Positions 28,479 to 38,156 are shown, counted from the first letter of the stretch. The stretch is DNA of 64,000 nucleotides from an uncultured Bacteroidia bacterium (GCA_963540065.1 CAUTNK010000007.1:32065-96064), one strand, 5' to 3'. Translations and numbers: made by a program. Notes: generated from the sequence alone by a model not told the origin.

Positions 28479-30143
28479 ATGCGCTTGCAAAGGGTATTTT
28501 GCCTATTTCTGTCTTTAGTGCTAACACTCGGACACGTTCGCTATTCGTTAGCTGAGAATGTGCAGATTAGACGTGCGCACGCTATGCGTCCCCTTGTTTT
28601 GAATGGTCAGACGGTGCATAGGTTGCTCGGCGATGTAGTCCTGCTCCACGACAGTGCGACTATGCGATGCGACAGCGCGTATCTTTTCCAAGAGAATAAT
28701 ATGTTTCGTGCTTATGGGCATGTGCAGATACGGAGTAAGAATATTCGGATCCGTGGCGATTCCCTCTACTACGAAGGCGAGAGCGGTACGGGGCGTATCT
28801 TTGGTAACAATGTTATTTTACGCGACTCTGTGCAGAATTATACCCTGTGGAGCGATATGCTCGATTACGACTCGCGCGAAAATTCCGTGCGTTTCGACTC
28901 TTGGGGGCGTATGCGTTCCGGAAACAACGAACTAGAAAGCGAACGTGGTATTTATCTAGCCGATCAGAACAGATCGCTGCTTACAGGTGAGGTTCGTTTC
29001 CAGGGCGAAGAGTTGCGATCCTTTAGCGACTCGCTCGAGTACCTCCGGAATTCGGATATGCTTTTCCTCTGGGGCAATATTCGTTCGTTTCGACTCGAAC
29101 AAGTCGGGATCTGCGATAGGGCTTGGTACAATCTTACTACACGCGAGTCTGAGCTAAGCGGTAATGTTGCTTTTCGCGATCGAGGTATACACTTCTTTGC
29201 GCAGCGCTTGAATATTGATGCTAATAAGCGAACCGTGGAAGCTTTCGAACAGGTTCTTTTGGAGGATTCCTTAAGACAGGATCGCATCTACAGTCAGCAT
29301 ATTTTCTATTGGCGAGAACCGCAACGTGTAATAGCCGACAAATTGCCGCTGCTTTATAAGGTAGATTCTACTGCCACCAAGCAAGATACGCTTTACATGC
29401 GTGCCGAAAAATTCGACGTAAAAGCCGAACCCAGAACCTCTCATAAAGAGGGCGTCGAAATTCAGGATACTGTTTACCATATTTGGGCAATAGAACGCGT
29501 CCGGAGTTATCGGGAGGATTTCCAAATAGCCGCCGATACTATCTACTACAATGGTCGCGATAGCTTGTTTACACTTAATGGGAAGCCTTATCCGTATATT
29601 TGGAACGGGAATGCTCAAATTTCTGCTGTACAGATTACAGGGTACATACACAATAAGAATCTCGACAGTATGCTGTTTGCAGATAAAGTCTTTTTGGGTA
29701 TGCTCGATCAAGGAGATTACTACAATCAGATGACCGCTCTGCAGATGCGCGCCTATCTAAAAAATAGCGAGCTCGAGCAGATTATCATGGAAGAGGAGGG
29801 CGATGTAATATTTTACATGCGTGAGGAAAAAGATCTCATCGGCATCAATCGCATTAAAAGTCCGAGGTATAAAATCTTGATGAAGGATCGACAAGCCACA
29901 GATGCTACGTTCTACACTACTACAGAGTCGGTTATGCTTCCGATAGCAGACACCCAAAAAGAGGATCGAACCCTGTACGGGTTTCAGTGGCGAGACGACC
30001 TGCGTCCTAAAACACCTCGAGATATTATCCCGGTCTGGTTGGAAAATATTAACTTTCATGCGCAGCTCCGGGAACGTATCGACGTGCATTACTTGCAAGA
30101 GGGTGGGGCAAAGCGGAAGATGCAATGGCGACACGAAATATAA
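28479..30143 (+). CDS. OstA/LptD-N-like repeat protein (envelope biogenesis, hypothetical)
   Basis: I prefer the start at ATG 28479 (MRLQRVFCLFLSLVLTLG signal). Repeated beta-jellyroll-like segments (..GDVVLLHDSATMRCDSAYLF..NMFRAYGHVQI.., ..LTGEVRF.., ..LSGNVAFRD..) are typical of OstA-like domains. Confidence 0.6.
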   Translation: MRLQRVFCLFLSLVLTLGHVRYSLAENVQIRRAHAMRPLVLNGQTVHRLLGDVVLLHDSATMRCDSAYLFQENNMFRAYGHVQIRSKNIRIRGDSLYYEGESGTGRIFGNNVILRDSVQNYTLWSDMLDYDSRENSVRFDSWGRMRSGNNELESERGIYLADQNRSLLTGEVRFQGEELRSFSDSLEYLRNSDMLFLWGNIRSFRLEQVGICDRAWYNLTTRESELSGNVAFRDRGIHFFAQRLNIDANKRTVEAFEQVLLEDSLRQDRIYSQHIFYWREPQRVIADKLPLLYKVDSTATKQDTLYMRAEKFDVKAEPRTSHKEGVEIQDTVYHIWAIERVRSYREDFQIAADTIYYNGRDSLFTLNGKPYPYIWNGNAQISAVQITGYIHNKNLDSMLFADKVFLGMLDQGDYYNQMTALQMRAYLKNSELEQIIMEEEGDVIFYMREEKDLIGINRIKSPRYKILMKDRQATDATFYTTTESVMLPIADTQKEDRTLYGFQWRDDLRPKTPRDIIPVWLENINFHAQLRERIDVHYLQEGGAKRKMQWRHEI

Positions 30144-30184
30144 AACCTAAAAAGACAGACTGCGTATACTAACAGGGGGAGTTG

Positions 30185-31660
30185 ATGGGTTTAGGGTATA
30201 TGTTTGTGAAACGGTTGGGCGAAATTCCTTTTGTAGAAGGTGTTTGGGAGCGTTTTGGGCACCGTTCGCTGTTTTGTGTTCTGGTATCCTTGGCTTTCGT
30301 CTTTTTTGCTTCTGGCATACGTGCACAGGATGTAGTTTTTTATGCCGAGAATCCGGCTTTTACAACCGAGACTCGCTATGCGTGGGCTTCGGGTACGCAC
30401 GACAAAATTTATGTCTTTACGGGCGCGAAAGATGCCCCTTTTTCTATAACCCTAAAAGCGAAAAGAGCCGACGCACAAGCTAGCCAGTTTAAGCTTTCGA
30501 AGTTCAAAACCGACGGTTGGGAAAAGGAATTTGTCGAGCTTGAGCAAAAAAATGCCGTAACCGAGGCTACCTTTACTGTGAGCGAAACCGGAGGCTACCA
30601 GCTGGAAAATATCCACGCTGCACAATCTACGAAGTTCTACCTCTGGGTCTTTTACGACGATATTCAGTTGCAAGAGTTGCGCGTGGTGAGTAAGTGCCAA
30701 GAACTGACGCTCATTCCTATATTTAATTACGATACCGATGCTATCCGCTACGACAAGTTTACCTACTACGACTTGACAGTAGACGAGGTGCGCGAGTCGC
30801 AAGAGATAGGCACCGGTTACTTCAAAACAGTCAATTGGTTGGACGAGAACAGTGCTCCCGTCGAAGTTTTTGGTATAGCACCACGTCCTATTACGCCGCC
30901 ACCTTACAAGAAGTTTGGCTACAAGGTGACTATCGAGACTCTGACAGGCAAACAGTTCGCTGCCGAACAGCTCAATCAAGAGCCCATTGCTGTAAAAGCC
31001 AAAATGAAGATAGAGATTAACGAAGACCTCGACGGTATTACAGAACAGTGGAAAAACGGTGGCGAGAATCCGCAAGGAGAGTGTCCGTTCTATATGCGGA
31101 TGATCAACGAGTCGGAGAATGCGCATTCCTTGCATTGGACAGTACGAAACGACCTGCGAGCGGTGCGACGTGGGCGGCAGGATACGCTTTTCTATCAGCA
31201 AACGGCTGCTAGTCCGAACGAAGAGGTCAGACCTTCGCACGACCTTTTTTCGGCGGGGATCTATCGTGCAGAGTTGCGTGCGGTTAATACTTTGTCTGGT
31301 TGTCAGGATACGTTCCGCATCAATGTGAAGGTAGACTCCGCACTGCTTTCGAAAAATGCCATCCCCAACGTATTTTCACCCAATGGTGATGGTATTAACG
31401 ATGTGTTTCAGATCATCGAAAAGTCCAAAAATGCGAAATCGTTGAAAACCTTCGAACTACGGATTATGAACCGGAACGGCGTCCTCGTCTACGAGTACAA
31501 TGGCGATATCCGGAAATGGGACGGTTGGAATGGGAACAAGAATGGCAAAGGCGAACCCCTCCCTGTTGGTACCTATTTCTATATCATTCGTGCCGTAGGT
31601 TGGGACGGCGCCGACTTCTCCGGAAAAGAATACAAAGGGGTTCTACACCTATTCCGATAA
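30185..31660 (+). CDS. T9SS type B (gliding-motility-associated) C-terminal domain cargo protein
   Basis: The C-terminus (31361..31657) reads IPNVFSPNGDGINDVFQI...LRIMNRNGVLVYEY...WDGWNGNKNGKGEPLPVGTYFYIIRA, which is the CHU_C/TIGR04131 signature. N-terminal signal/TM is LFCVLVSLAFVFFASGIRAQ. Confidence 0.8.
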   Translation: MGLGYMFVKRLGEIPFVEGVWERFGHRSLFCVLVSLAFVFFASGIRAQDVVFYAENPAFTTETRYAWASGTHDKIYVFTGAKDAPFSITLKAKRADAQASQFKLSKFKTDGWEKEFVELEQKNAVTEATFTVSETGGYQLENIHAAQSTKFYLWVFYDDIQLQELRVVSKCQELTLIPIFNYDTDAIRYDKFTYYDLTVDEVRESQEIGTGYFKTVNWLDENSAPVEVFGIAPRPITPPPYKKFGYKVTIETLTGKQFAAEQLNQEPIAVKAKMKIEINEDLDGITEQWKNGGENPQGECPFYMRMINESENAHSLHWTVRNDLRAVRRGRQDTLFYQQTAASPNEEVRPSHDLFSAGIYRAELRAVNTLSGCQDTFRINVKVDSALLSKNAIPNVFSPNGDGINDVFQIIEKSKNAKSLKTFELRIMNRNGVLVYEYNGDIRKWDGWNGNKNGKGEPLPVGTYFYIIRAVGWDGADFSGKEYKGVLHLFR

Positions 31661-31747
31661 ATGACTGTAATAGAGCCAAACGCTACCCTCGGTGCTTGTA
31701 CCCGAATGCAGAATAATTACCAGCAAAGGTTTACGTACTAGCTACTT

Positions 31748-34700
31748 ATGTTGTTCAAAAAAAACAAGTTGTGCTTTTTTTTCTCTCTCTCTCTTCTATT
31801 CTGTCTCGTTTATGGGACGAGCTCCCAAGCTGCCGAAAAAGCTCAGCATGGCAACTTCCTTTTTCGATGGTTTAAGGATAAAGAATACAGGGGAAGTGAG
31901 CAGAACTGGGCGATTGTACAGGATTTACGTGGGCTCATATATGTCGGTAACAATGAGGGCGGCGTTTTGGAATACGATGGCGAGCGTTGGCGACGGATCC
32001 CTGTTACCGAGAATAGAATTGTTCGTTCGTTAGCTCTTGCCGAATCCGGATTGGTCTACGTAGGACTTGTCGGCGACTTCGGTAGATTGGAGCCTGACCA
32101 CCGCGGATTGCTACATTATCAATCGCTTTCGTCGCTCTTGGGAGCTGACGCGCCAACTTTCCGCGACGTCTACAAGACCCACGTGTTGGGCAACACCGTG
32201 TATTTTTGTTCGTTGAGCGTTATTTTTGCTTACAACGAAGATACGCGAACCTTAGAAACGTTCCCGTTACCTACAGCGCAAGCTTTCTTCTCCTTCGATT
32301 GGAAGAACGAACTAGCCGTCTCCACCTCCACTAATGTCCTTTTCCGCTTTTCAGGTAATAGCTTCGATCCTATGAAGCTAGCCTTCCCAAGTGGCGAGGA
32401 GGGGCAGCAAATATACGGGATGGCTACCATAGGGCGCGATTCTGTGTTGTTAGCAACGAATAGCAACGAGTTCTATATCCTTTCTCGACGTACGGGAAAG
32501 GTAAAACCTTTACCACCCAACTGGGGAGGAGCTGTTATAAAGGCTCTGCGCGAAGAGGAGGCTGTGCCCTACGCTCTCAAACGACTTTCGAACGGAAATG
32601 TCGGTATTGGTTATATCTTTTCTGAGTCTACAGCCTACGTAGAAGTGAATCTAAAAGGCGAAGTGCAGTATACGGTAGGTACAGCAACAGGACTCGTCGA
32701 TCCCTTTGCTATGGATTTCCTGCAATCCTCAGACGGTACACTATGGCTTACCCAAAATAATGGTATTACGAAAGTTGAGCAGCAATCTGCTGTAAGGAAG
32801 TTCGACGAGTCTAACGGTATCAGCGGAGCGGTCTTGGACGTGCAACGTTTCGACGGCGAACTCTACATAGGTACCATGTCGGGGCTTCAGAAACTGGTAA
32901 AGAAAGACGGGCGTTGGCAGTTTGTTTCTCTACCCGGTATTAATCAACCGATCTGGGATCTGCTCCCATACTACAATCCAAAGTCGGGGAAGACATCGTT
33001 ACTAGCACTGGGGATGGGAGTCTTTATCAGCATTAAGGACGACAAAATAGAACCGCTTTCGTACAACGATCGCGAACAACAATTCGGTGGCTATGTCCTT
33101 TGCGATACTAAAGAAGATGCCCGAACTATCTACGTCGGTACTTCATCTGGGCTTGTAAAGCTTTATCTACGAGACGACGGACGGTGGAACAAGACGCCGC
33201 TACTAGCAAAAGAAATTAACGACGAAATCCGTACCCTAGTTAGCGACCGCGATAATAACCTTTGGATCGGCACCTTCACCAACGGAGTCTATATTCTTAA
33301 GTCTACCGGGAAAGGGAAGACACAGCTCCGCCATATTGATGCTCATTGCGGTTTGCCCGATATGGTTAGTAATGAGGTCTTTACACTAAATGATAAAGTC
33401 TATATCGCTACCTCGAAGGGGATCATGCGATATGATTGGAATCGGGATACCCTCCTGCGTGTTGACGATGCCCTACATGCCCAGTATGTGTCGCGAGTGA
33501 CCGGGATGAGAAATAGCGTAGTGGCACAACGCTACGACGATGCCACTGAGCAGTACTACATCACGATGAGTAGTCTCGACGCCCAAGGGAATATAACTGG
33601 CGAAGACAACAAACCCTTTGCACGTTTCCCTAGGCAGTGGAGTGACCGAATCTATTGGGACGACGACAATTCTATCTGGTTCTCCTATGCTACCAGTCTC
33701 TACAACTACGACCTGAATATTAAGCAGGATTACGATCGCCCCTTTCAAACCTTTGTGCGTAAGGTACATGCTATACGAGCAGATACTGTTCTTTTCGGGG
33801 GCACACACTTCGCTTGGGCTGATTCGATGTATCAGATTTTTACCGAGCAAGTTCAAGAGGAAGATCTGAGTCTACCCTATCGCGAAAACTCGTTGATCTT
33901 CGAGGTCGGGAGCGACTTCTTTGAAGGTGATGCTGCAATGCTCTACAGCTATCGTTTGCGAAATAGCGGCGACGACTGGACAAAGTGGGAACAACAACCC
34001 GAAATACGCTATATGAACATCGCGCCCGGCAATTACGAGTTCCAAGTGAGGGCGAAAAATATCTATGGCATAGAATCCAATGTAGCCTCGTATCGTTTTA
34101 CAGTCCGACCACCATTTTATCGAACCATATACGCCTATATCCTCTACTTTGTGTTGCTCTGTGCTTTGGTATGGGGGCTTGTGGTTTGGAATACAAGACG
34201 ACTCGCGGCAGAAAAGAAACGACTTGAAGCTATTGTAGAAGAGCGTACTGCCGAGGTGGTAGAACAAAAAGAACAAATCGAGGAACAGAACAAAGAGATC
34301 CTAAACAGTATCAACTATGCAAGTAAGATACAAAGGGCAGTGCTCCCGACACTAGAGACGGTAAGAGAGCTCTTTAACGATTCGTTTATGCTCTTCCTGC
34401 CACGCGATGTGGTTAGTGGCGACTTCTATTGGATGCGCTCCATCAACGACAAGCGGATTTGTGCTATTGCCGACTGTACCGGGCACGGCGTCCCTGGTGG
34501 TTTTATGAGTATGTTGGGATCGAGTTTCTTGCATCAAGTGGTAAACTCTATAGAGGATTTACACACCGACGAGATCCTGAACCGCCTGCGTGCTGCTGTT
34601 ATTGAGAACCTGAAGCAGACCGATCAGATCGGTTCCAACAAGGATGGTATGGATATTGCCCTCTATATTCTCGACGAGAAGAACTATAAGCTCGAGTTTT

Positions 34701-35050
34701 CGGGTGCTAACAATCCGTTGGTGATAATCCGCAATGGCGAGATTCTGGTCTATAAGGCAGATAAGATGCCTATTGCGATTTATCTGAAAGGCAATACACC
34801 CTTTACGCGCACGGAGGTTGAGCTTCAGCCCGGCGACGTCTTGTATACCTTCTCGGATGGGTATGTAGATCAGTTCGGTGGACCGCAAAATCGGAAGTTT
34901 ATGATTAAGAATTTCAAGGCACTACTCGCCGAGATCTATTTGCAGGATATGGCCGTACAGCGCGAAATTCTTTACAGAACTATTATTGATTGGCAGGGTG
35001 GCGGTAGCCAAACCGACGATATTATTGTCTTCGGAGTCAGAATCCATTAA
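31748..35050 (+). CDS. Periplasmic propeller/Y_Y_Y sensor fused through one TM helix and a coiled coil to a PP2C (SpoIIE-type) phosphatase
   Basis: 1100 aa with a signal peptide. About 750 aa of two-component-regulator-propeller-like repeats follow. Y_Y_Y module: LYSYRLRNSGDDWTKWE...GNYEFQVRAKNIYG. TM helix IYAYILYFVLLCALVWGLVVW (about 34128..34190). PP2C domain (about 34310..35047): SGDFYW, ADCTGHGVPG, DGMD, FSDGYVDQ, QTDDIIVFG. Confidence 0.9.
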   Translation: MLFKKNKLCFFFSLSLLFCLVYGTSSQAAEKAQHGNFLFRWFKDKEYRGSEQNWAIVQDLRGLIYVGNNEGGVLEYDGERWRRIPVTENRIVRSLALAESGLVYVGLVGDFGRLEPDHRGLLHYQSLSSLLGADAPTFRDVYKTHVLGNTVYFCSLSVIFAYNEDTRTLETFPLPTAQAFFSFDWKNELAVSTSTNVLFRFSGNSFDPMKLAFPSGEEGQQIYGMATIGRDSVLLATNSNEFYILSRRTGKVKPLPPNWGGAVIKALREEEAVPYALKRLSNGNVGIGYIFSESTAYVEVNLKGEVQYTVGTATGLVDPFAMDFLQSSDGTLWLTQNNGITKVEQQSAVRKFDESNGISGAVLDVQRFDGELYIGTMSGLQKLVKKDGRWQFVSLPGINQPIWDLLPYYNPKSGKTSLLALGMGVFISIKDDKIEPLSYNDREQQFGGYVLCDTKEDARTIYVGTSSGLVKLYLRDDGRWNKTPLLAKEINDEIRTLVSDRDNNLWIGTFTNGVYILKSTGKGKTQLRHIDAHCGLPDMVSNEVFTLNDKVYIATSKGIMRYDWNRDTLLRVDDALHAQYVSRVTGMRNSVVAQRYDDATEQYYITMSSLDAQGNITGEDNKPFARFPRQWSDRIYWDDDNSIWFSYATSLYNYDLNIKQDYDRPFQTFVRKVHAIRADTVLFGGTHFAWADSMYQIFTEQVQEEDLSLPYRENSLIFEVGSDFFEGDAAMLYSYRLRNSGDDWTKWEQQPEIRYMNIAPGNYEFQVRAKNIYGIESNVASYRFTVRPPFYRTIYAYILYFVLLCALVWGLVVWNTRRLAAEKKRLEAIVEERTAEVVEQKEQIEEQNKEILNSINYASKIQRAVLPTLETVRELFNDSFMLFLPRDVVSGDFYWMRSINDKRICAIADCTGHGVPGGFMSMLGSSFLHQVVNSIEDLHTDEILNRLRAAVIENLKQTDQIGSNKDGMDIALYILDEKNYKLEFSGANNPLVIIRNGEILVYKADKMPIAIYLKGNTPFTRTEVELQPGDVLYTFSDGYVDQFGGPQNRKFMIKNFKALLAEIYLQDMAVQREILYRTIIDWQGGGSQTDDIIVFGVRIH
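31757..31794 (+). repeat. Cluster of simple-sequence tracts inside the first 50 nt of the sensor-phosphatase CDS
   Basis: A8 at 31757..31764, T8 at 31775..31782 and (CT)6 at 31783..31794, all read directly from the sequence. Confidence 0.9.
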
Positions 35051-35067
35051 GAAGCTGTATACGCAAG

Positions 35068-35098
35068 AAGCCTCTCTGTATGAGAGGCTTTGTTTATT
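35068..35098 (+). terminator. Rho-independent terminator after the sensor-phosphatase gene
   Basis: Perfect 9-bp stem aagcctctc / gagaggctt with loop tgtat, followed by tgtttatt. Confidence 0.7.
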
Positions 35099-35133
35099 GG
35101 TGCGACGTTAAACCCTCTGTATTCAAACTATCG

Positions 35134-35152
35134 AAACAAACAAACAAACAAA
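35134..35152. repeat. (AAAC)4 tetranucleotide microsatellite 10 nt upstream of the susC-like start
   Basis: aaacaaacaaacaaacaaa, read directly. Confidence 0.9.
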
Positions 35153-35161
35153 TAGATATAC

Positions 35162-38140
35162 ATGACAAGAAAATCTATCATACCCATTCTCCTTGCCATG
35201 CTTTGTGCGACTCTTGCTGCTGCACAACAGGCTACTGTAACAGGGGTAGTTACCGCCATAGATGACGGGCAGCCGTTACCCTATCTTTCCGTACAGCTTG
35301 TAGGCACTACTACCGGAGTCGCTACTGATTTGCAAGGTAAGTATTCGATTAGGGTAACTGGTGCCGATCCGGTTTTGCGTTTTTCGTACACGGGCTACGA
35401 AACGCAGGATATAAAAGTTGCCGGACAAACTACAATTAACGTAGTTATGCAACCAGCCAACGAAGAGATAGATCAGGTTGTGGTCGTAGGCTACGGAACG
35501 GGGCGTAAAGTAGGAACTACTGTCGGAAAACTCTCGACCGTGGATCAGAAAAAACTCCAAGAGCGTCCAACAGCCAATGCTTTGGATGCTCTGGCGGGAC
35601 AAGTTCCAGGTTTGTCGGTGCTGACTATGGGTGGCGAACCATCTGCAAAAGCATCGCTTACGTTACACGGAGCAGGTTCTTTAAAAGGGAATACCGATCC
35701 ATTATTTGTGGTAGATGGTATCCCTGTAAATAGTATTGACGCGTTGAATCAGAACGACTTCGAACGCGTGGACGTGTTAACTGATGCATCGGCTACCTCT
35801 ATTTACGGATCGCGTGCCGCGAATGGTGTGATTTATATCACAACCAAACAGGGACGGACTGCCGAAAAAGGTACGGTTACGGCAAGAGTATCCTATGGGC
35901 TTTCGATGCTTGCCTCCAAACGATTCTACGAGGATCACCTCACCACCGCCGAGTATTATAACTTTTACAAGGAGCTAGGGCTGTTATCAGATGCCGAGAT
36001 TGCTAAACTCCGCAGTCAGTACGGCGATAAAACCTTCGAGTGGTGGAAGTATGTATACTCCAACGTTACCCCTACACACACCGCTGACGTTGCCTTTCAG
36101 GGGGGATCTAAATCGACATCCTACTATATTTCCGGAGGGTATTATTATGCACAGGGCTTGCGACAAGGTTCCGCCTACAATCGCTACAACTTGCGTATTA
36201 ACCTCAATACGAAGCTTAATACGTGGCTAAAGATAGGTACCAATACCGGAGTGCAATATGCCGAGACGCACACCAATCAGGATGGGCGAACCTCCGACGT
36301 GGGGCTTGTAAGTAGTATCCGTCCGTATCTATCTCCATACGATGAGAACGGGAAAGAGATAGAGGGGCGCGAAATCCCAGGCACTAAGATGTACAGCCGT
36401 GCCTATACCGACAAGATGAAGAAGCACTGGTATACGAGTCCGAGTCTAGCTACGTCGGCATATGCCGCAGTCGAACCTATCGATCATTTGGTTGTGAAGA
36501 CACAAGCGGGGATTGAAGCGAATGCGTATCATTTCTACTCGCGAGTCCTGCCTAGCTTTTCGGGGGATGGTGCTGGGCGTGGGAGCGAGACAGAACGAGC
36601 TTCGACACTATCAACTATTACCACCACTGCCGAGTATCGTTTGCTGTGGGATAATAAGCATCATCTCACGCCGCTCCTGGGGCACGAGTATATTTATGGC
36701 TATACCAAAAGCCTGTTTGTAAGAGGTACAGGTTTTAAGGACGACAGACTCCTACTCCTCGATAATGCCAAGAATTTCAAAGCCTCTAGCAACTGGTACG
36801 AGAACTGGTACAACTCCTATTTCGGTCGCTTGGAATACGATTACGATACCCGTTACTTTGTAGATGCAAGTTTGCGCAATGATGCCTCCTCGCGTTTCGG
36901 TCGAAAACACCGCAATGCTCTTTTTTGGTCTTTCGGTGCTATGTGGAAAGCAAAAAACGAACCCTTTTTACGCAGCATAAAATGGATCGATCGTCTAGAC
37001 CTTAAGTTTAGTGTAGGTACCAGCGGCAATTCTTCTTATCCCGACCTCGACTGGCAGGAAAATTACATGCACCAATCGTTGGTAAAAAACTTTACATCGT
37101 ACAAGGGCAACCAGACATTTACGATTAGTACGCCCGGTAATCCGGATCTGACTTGGGAGAAGCAACTTAAAGTTACTACCAGCCTAGCATTCGGATTTTG
37201 GGATATCCTGCGTGGCGAAATATCCGTTTACCGAAGGCTCACTAGTAGCATGTATCTTAACGTTCCGGTGCCGTATACTACGGGTTTCTTGGAACTTTTT
37301 TCGAACGTTGGAACACTTTCTAACACGGGTGTAGATCTGCGTTTGGATGCAACGGCTTGGAGAGATCACAAAGGGAGTAGCATTGTACCCTATATCACGT
37401 TCAATTACAACCGGCAGCGCATCGAAGAACTATTCGGTGGGCGCGATTATTGGGTAATACCAAATTCGGGAGTCGCTTATGCAAAAGGGCATCCTGTAGA
37501 ATTTAGTTTCCCGCGTTTCTATCGCGTGAATCCGGATAACGGAAAACCCGAATGGTATATCCCCGATGCAGCGAAACCGACAGAATCGCGTACCGATCCC
37601 AACCACGTTACCTCCGAATTTAAAAGTAGCTTGGAGCAACTAACGGGTAAACCGGTAAATGCACCTGTGAAAGGTGGGTTCGGATTAAATGCAGACCTAT
37701 GGGGCTTTTACCTGCAGTGCGATTTCAACTTTGAGTGGGGAAAGTGGATGTTCAATAATGACAAGATGTGGCTCAGCGACCCTATAAAGCATAAGTTGCA
37801 AAATCTGTCGAAGGACGTTATTAATAAATCCTATTGGAAGGCGCCCGGCGATAAAGCAGATTTTCCCTCCCTTGCCTATTCGTGGACAGAAGCTGATGAC
37901 CGATTCTTAGAAAATGCCTCGTTTTTGCGTTGGAAAAACCTCACGCTGGGCTATAGTTTCCCTAAAGATTGGATGGCAAAAACACGCTTTTTTACTTCGG
38001 CAAAACTTTATGTATCGATGCGAAATCTCCTCACACTTACACAATTTACAGGACCGGATCCGGAACTCCCCACCAATACCTCCTTGGGGGCGAATCCGGC
38101 TACACGGCAGTTCGCTATGGGTATCGAGCTGAAATTCTAA
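35162..38140 (+). CDS. SusC/RagA-family TonB-dependent outer-membrane transporter
   Basis: 992 aa. Signal peptide, then a CarboxypepD_reg-like N-domain (TVTGVVTAIDDGQPLPYLSVQLVGTTTGVATDLQGKYSI). Plug region: VVVGYGT..., DALAGQVPGL, FVVDGIPV. C-terminal GIELKF. Confidence 0.95.
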   Translation: MTRKSIIPILLAMLCATLAAAQQATVTGVVTAIDDGQPLPYLSVQLVGTTTGVATDLQGKYSIRVTGADPVLRFSYTGYETQDIKVAGQTTINVVMQPANEEIDQVVVVGYGTGRKVGTTVGKLSTVDQKKLQERPTANALDALAGQVPGLSVLTMGGEPSAKASLTLHGAGSLKGNTDPLFVVDGIPVNSIDALNQNDFERVDVLTDASATSIYGSRAANGVIYITTKQGRTAEKGTVTARVSYGLSMLASKRFYEDHLTTAEYYNFYKELGLLSDAEIAKLRSQYGDKTFEWWKYVYSNVTPTHTADVAFQGGSKSTSYYISGGYYYAQGLRQGSAYNRYNLRINLNTKLNTWLKIGTNTGVQYAETHTNQDGRTSDVGLVSSIRPYLSPYDENGKEIEGREIPGTKMYSRAYTDKMKKHWYTSPSLATSAYAAVEPIDHLVVKTQAGIEANAYHFYSRVLPSFSGDGAGRGSETERASTLSTITTTAEYRLLWDNKHHLTPLLGHEYIYGYTKSLFVRGTGFKDDRLLLLDNAKNFKASSNWYENWYNSYFGRLEYDYDTRYFVDASLRNDASSRFGRKHRNALFWSFGAMWKAKNEPFLRSIKWIDRLDLKFSVGTSGNSSYPDLDWQENYMHQSLVKNFTSYKGNQTFTISTPGNPDLTWEKQLKVTTSLAFGFWDILRGEISVYRRLTSSMYLNVPVPYTTGFLELFSNVGTLSNTGVDLRLDATAWRDHKGSSIVPYITFNYNRQRIEELFGGRDYWVIPNSGVAYAKGHPVEFSFPRFYRVNPDNGKPEWYIPDAAKPTESRTDPNHVTSEFKSSLEQLTGKPVNAPVKGGFGLNADLWGFYLQCDFNFEWGKWMFNNDKMWLSDPIKHKLQNLSKDVINKSYWKAPGDKADFPSLAYSWTEADDRFLENASFLRWKNLTLGYSFPKDWMAKTRFFTSAKLYVSMRNLLTLTQFTGPDPELPTNTSLGANPATRQFAMGIELKF

Positions 38141-38156
38141 GAAAGGAACCGGGAAA

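Noticed and set aside
30452-31240. 262-aa antisense ORF inside the T9SS type B cargo gene. Similar antisense ORFs occur in pckA (58823..59425), thiC (56779..57267), the giant peptidase (for example 8500..8970, 6859..7299) and the DtxR-like gene (17712..18170, 17773..18189).
   Set aside because: They overlap well-supported genes on the other strand or frame. The translated sequences are compositionally odd and motif-free.
31692-32033. 113-aa ORF overlapping the 5' end of the sensor-phosphatase gene in another frame.
   Set aside because: Not called as a gene. It is the +1 frame of a well-supported CDS. It is relevant only as the frame entered after slippage in the A8/T8/(CT)6 tracts (see finding).
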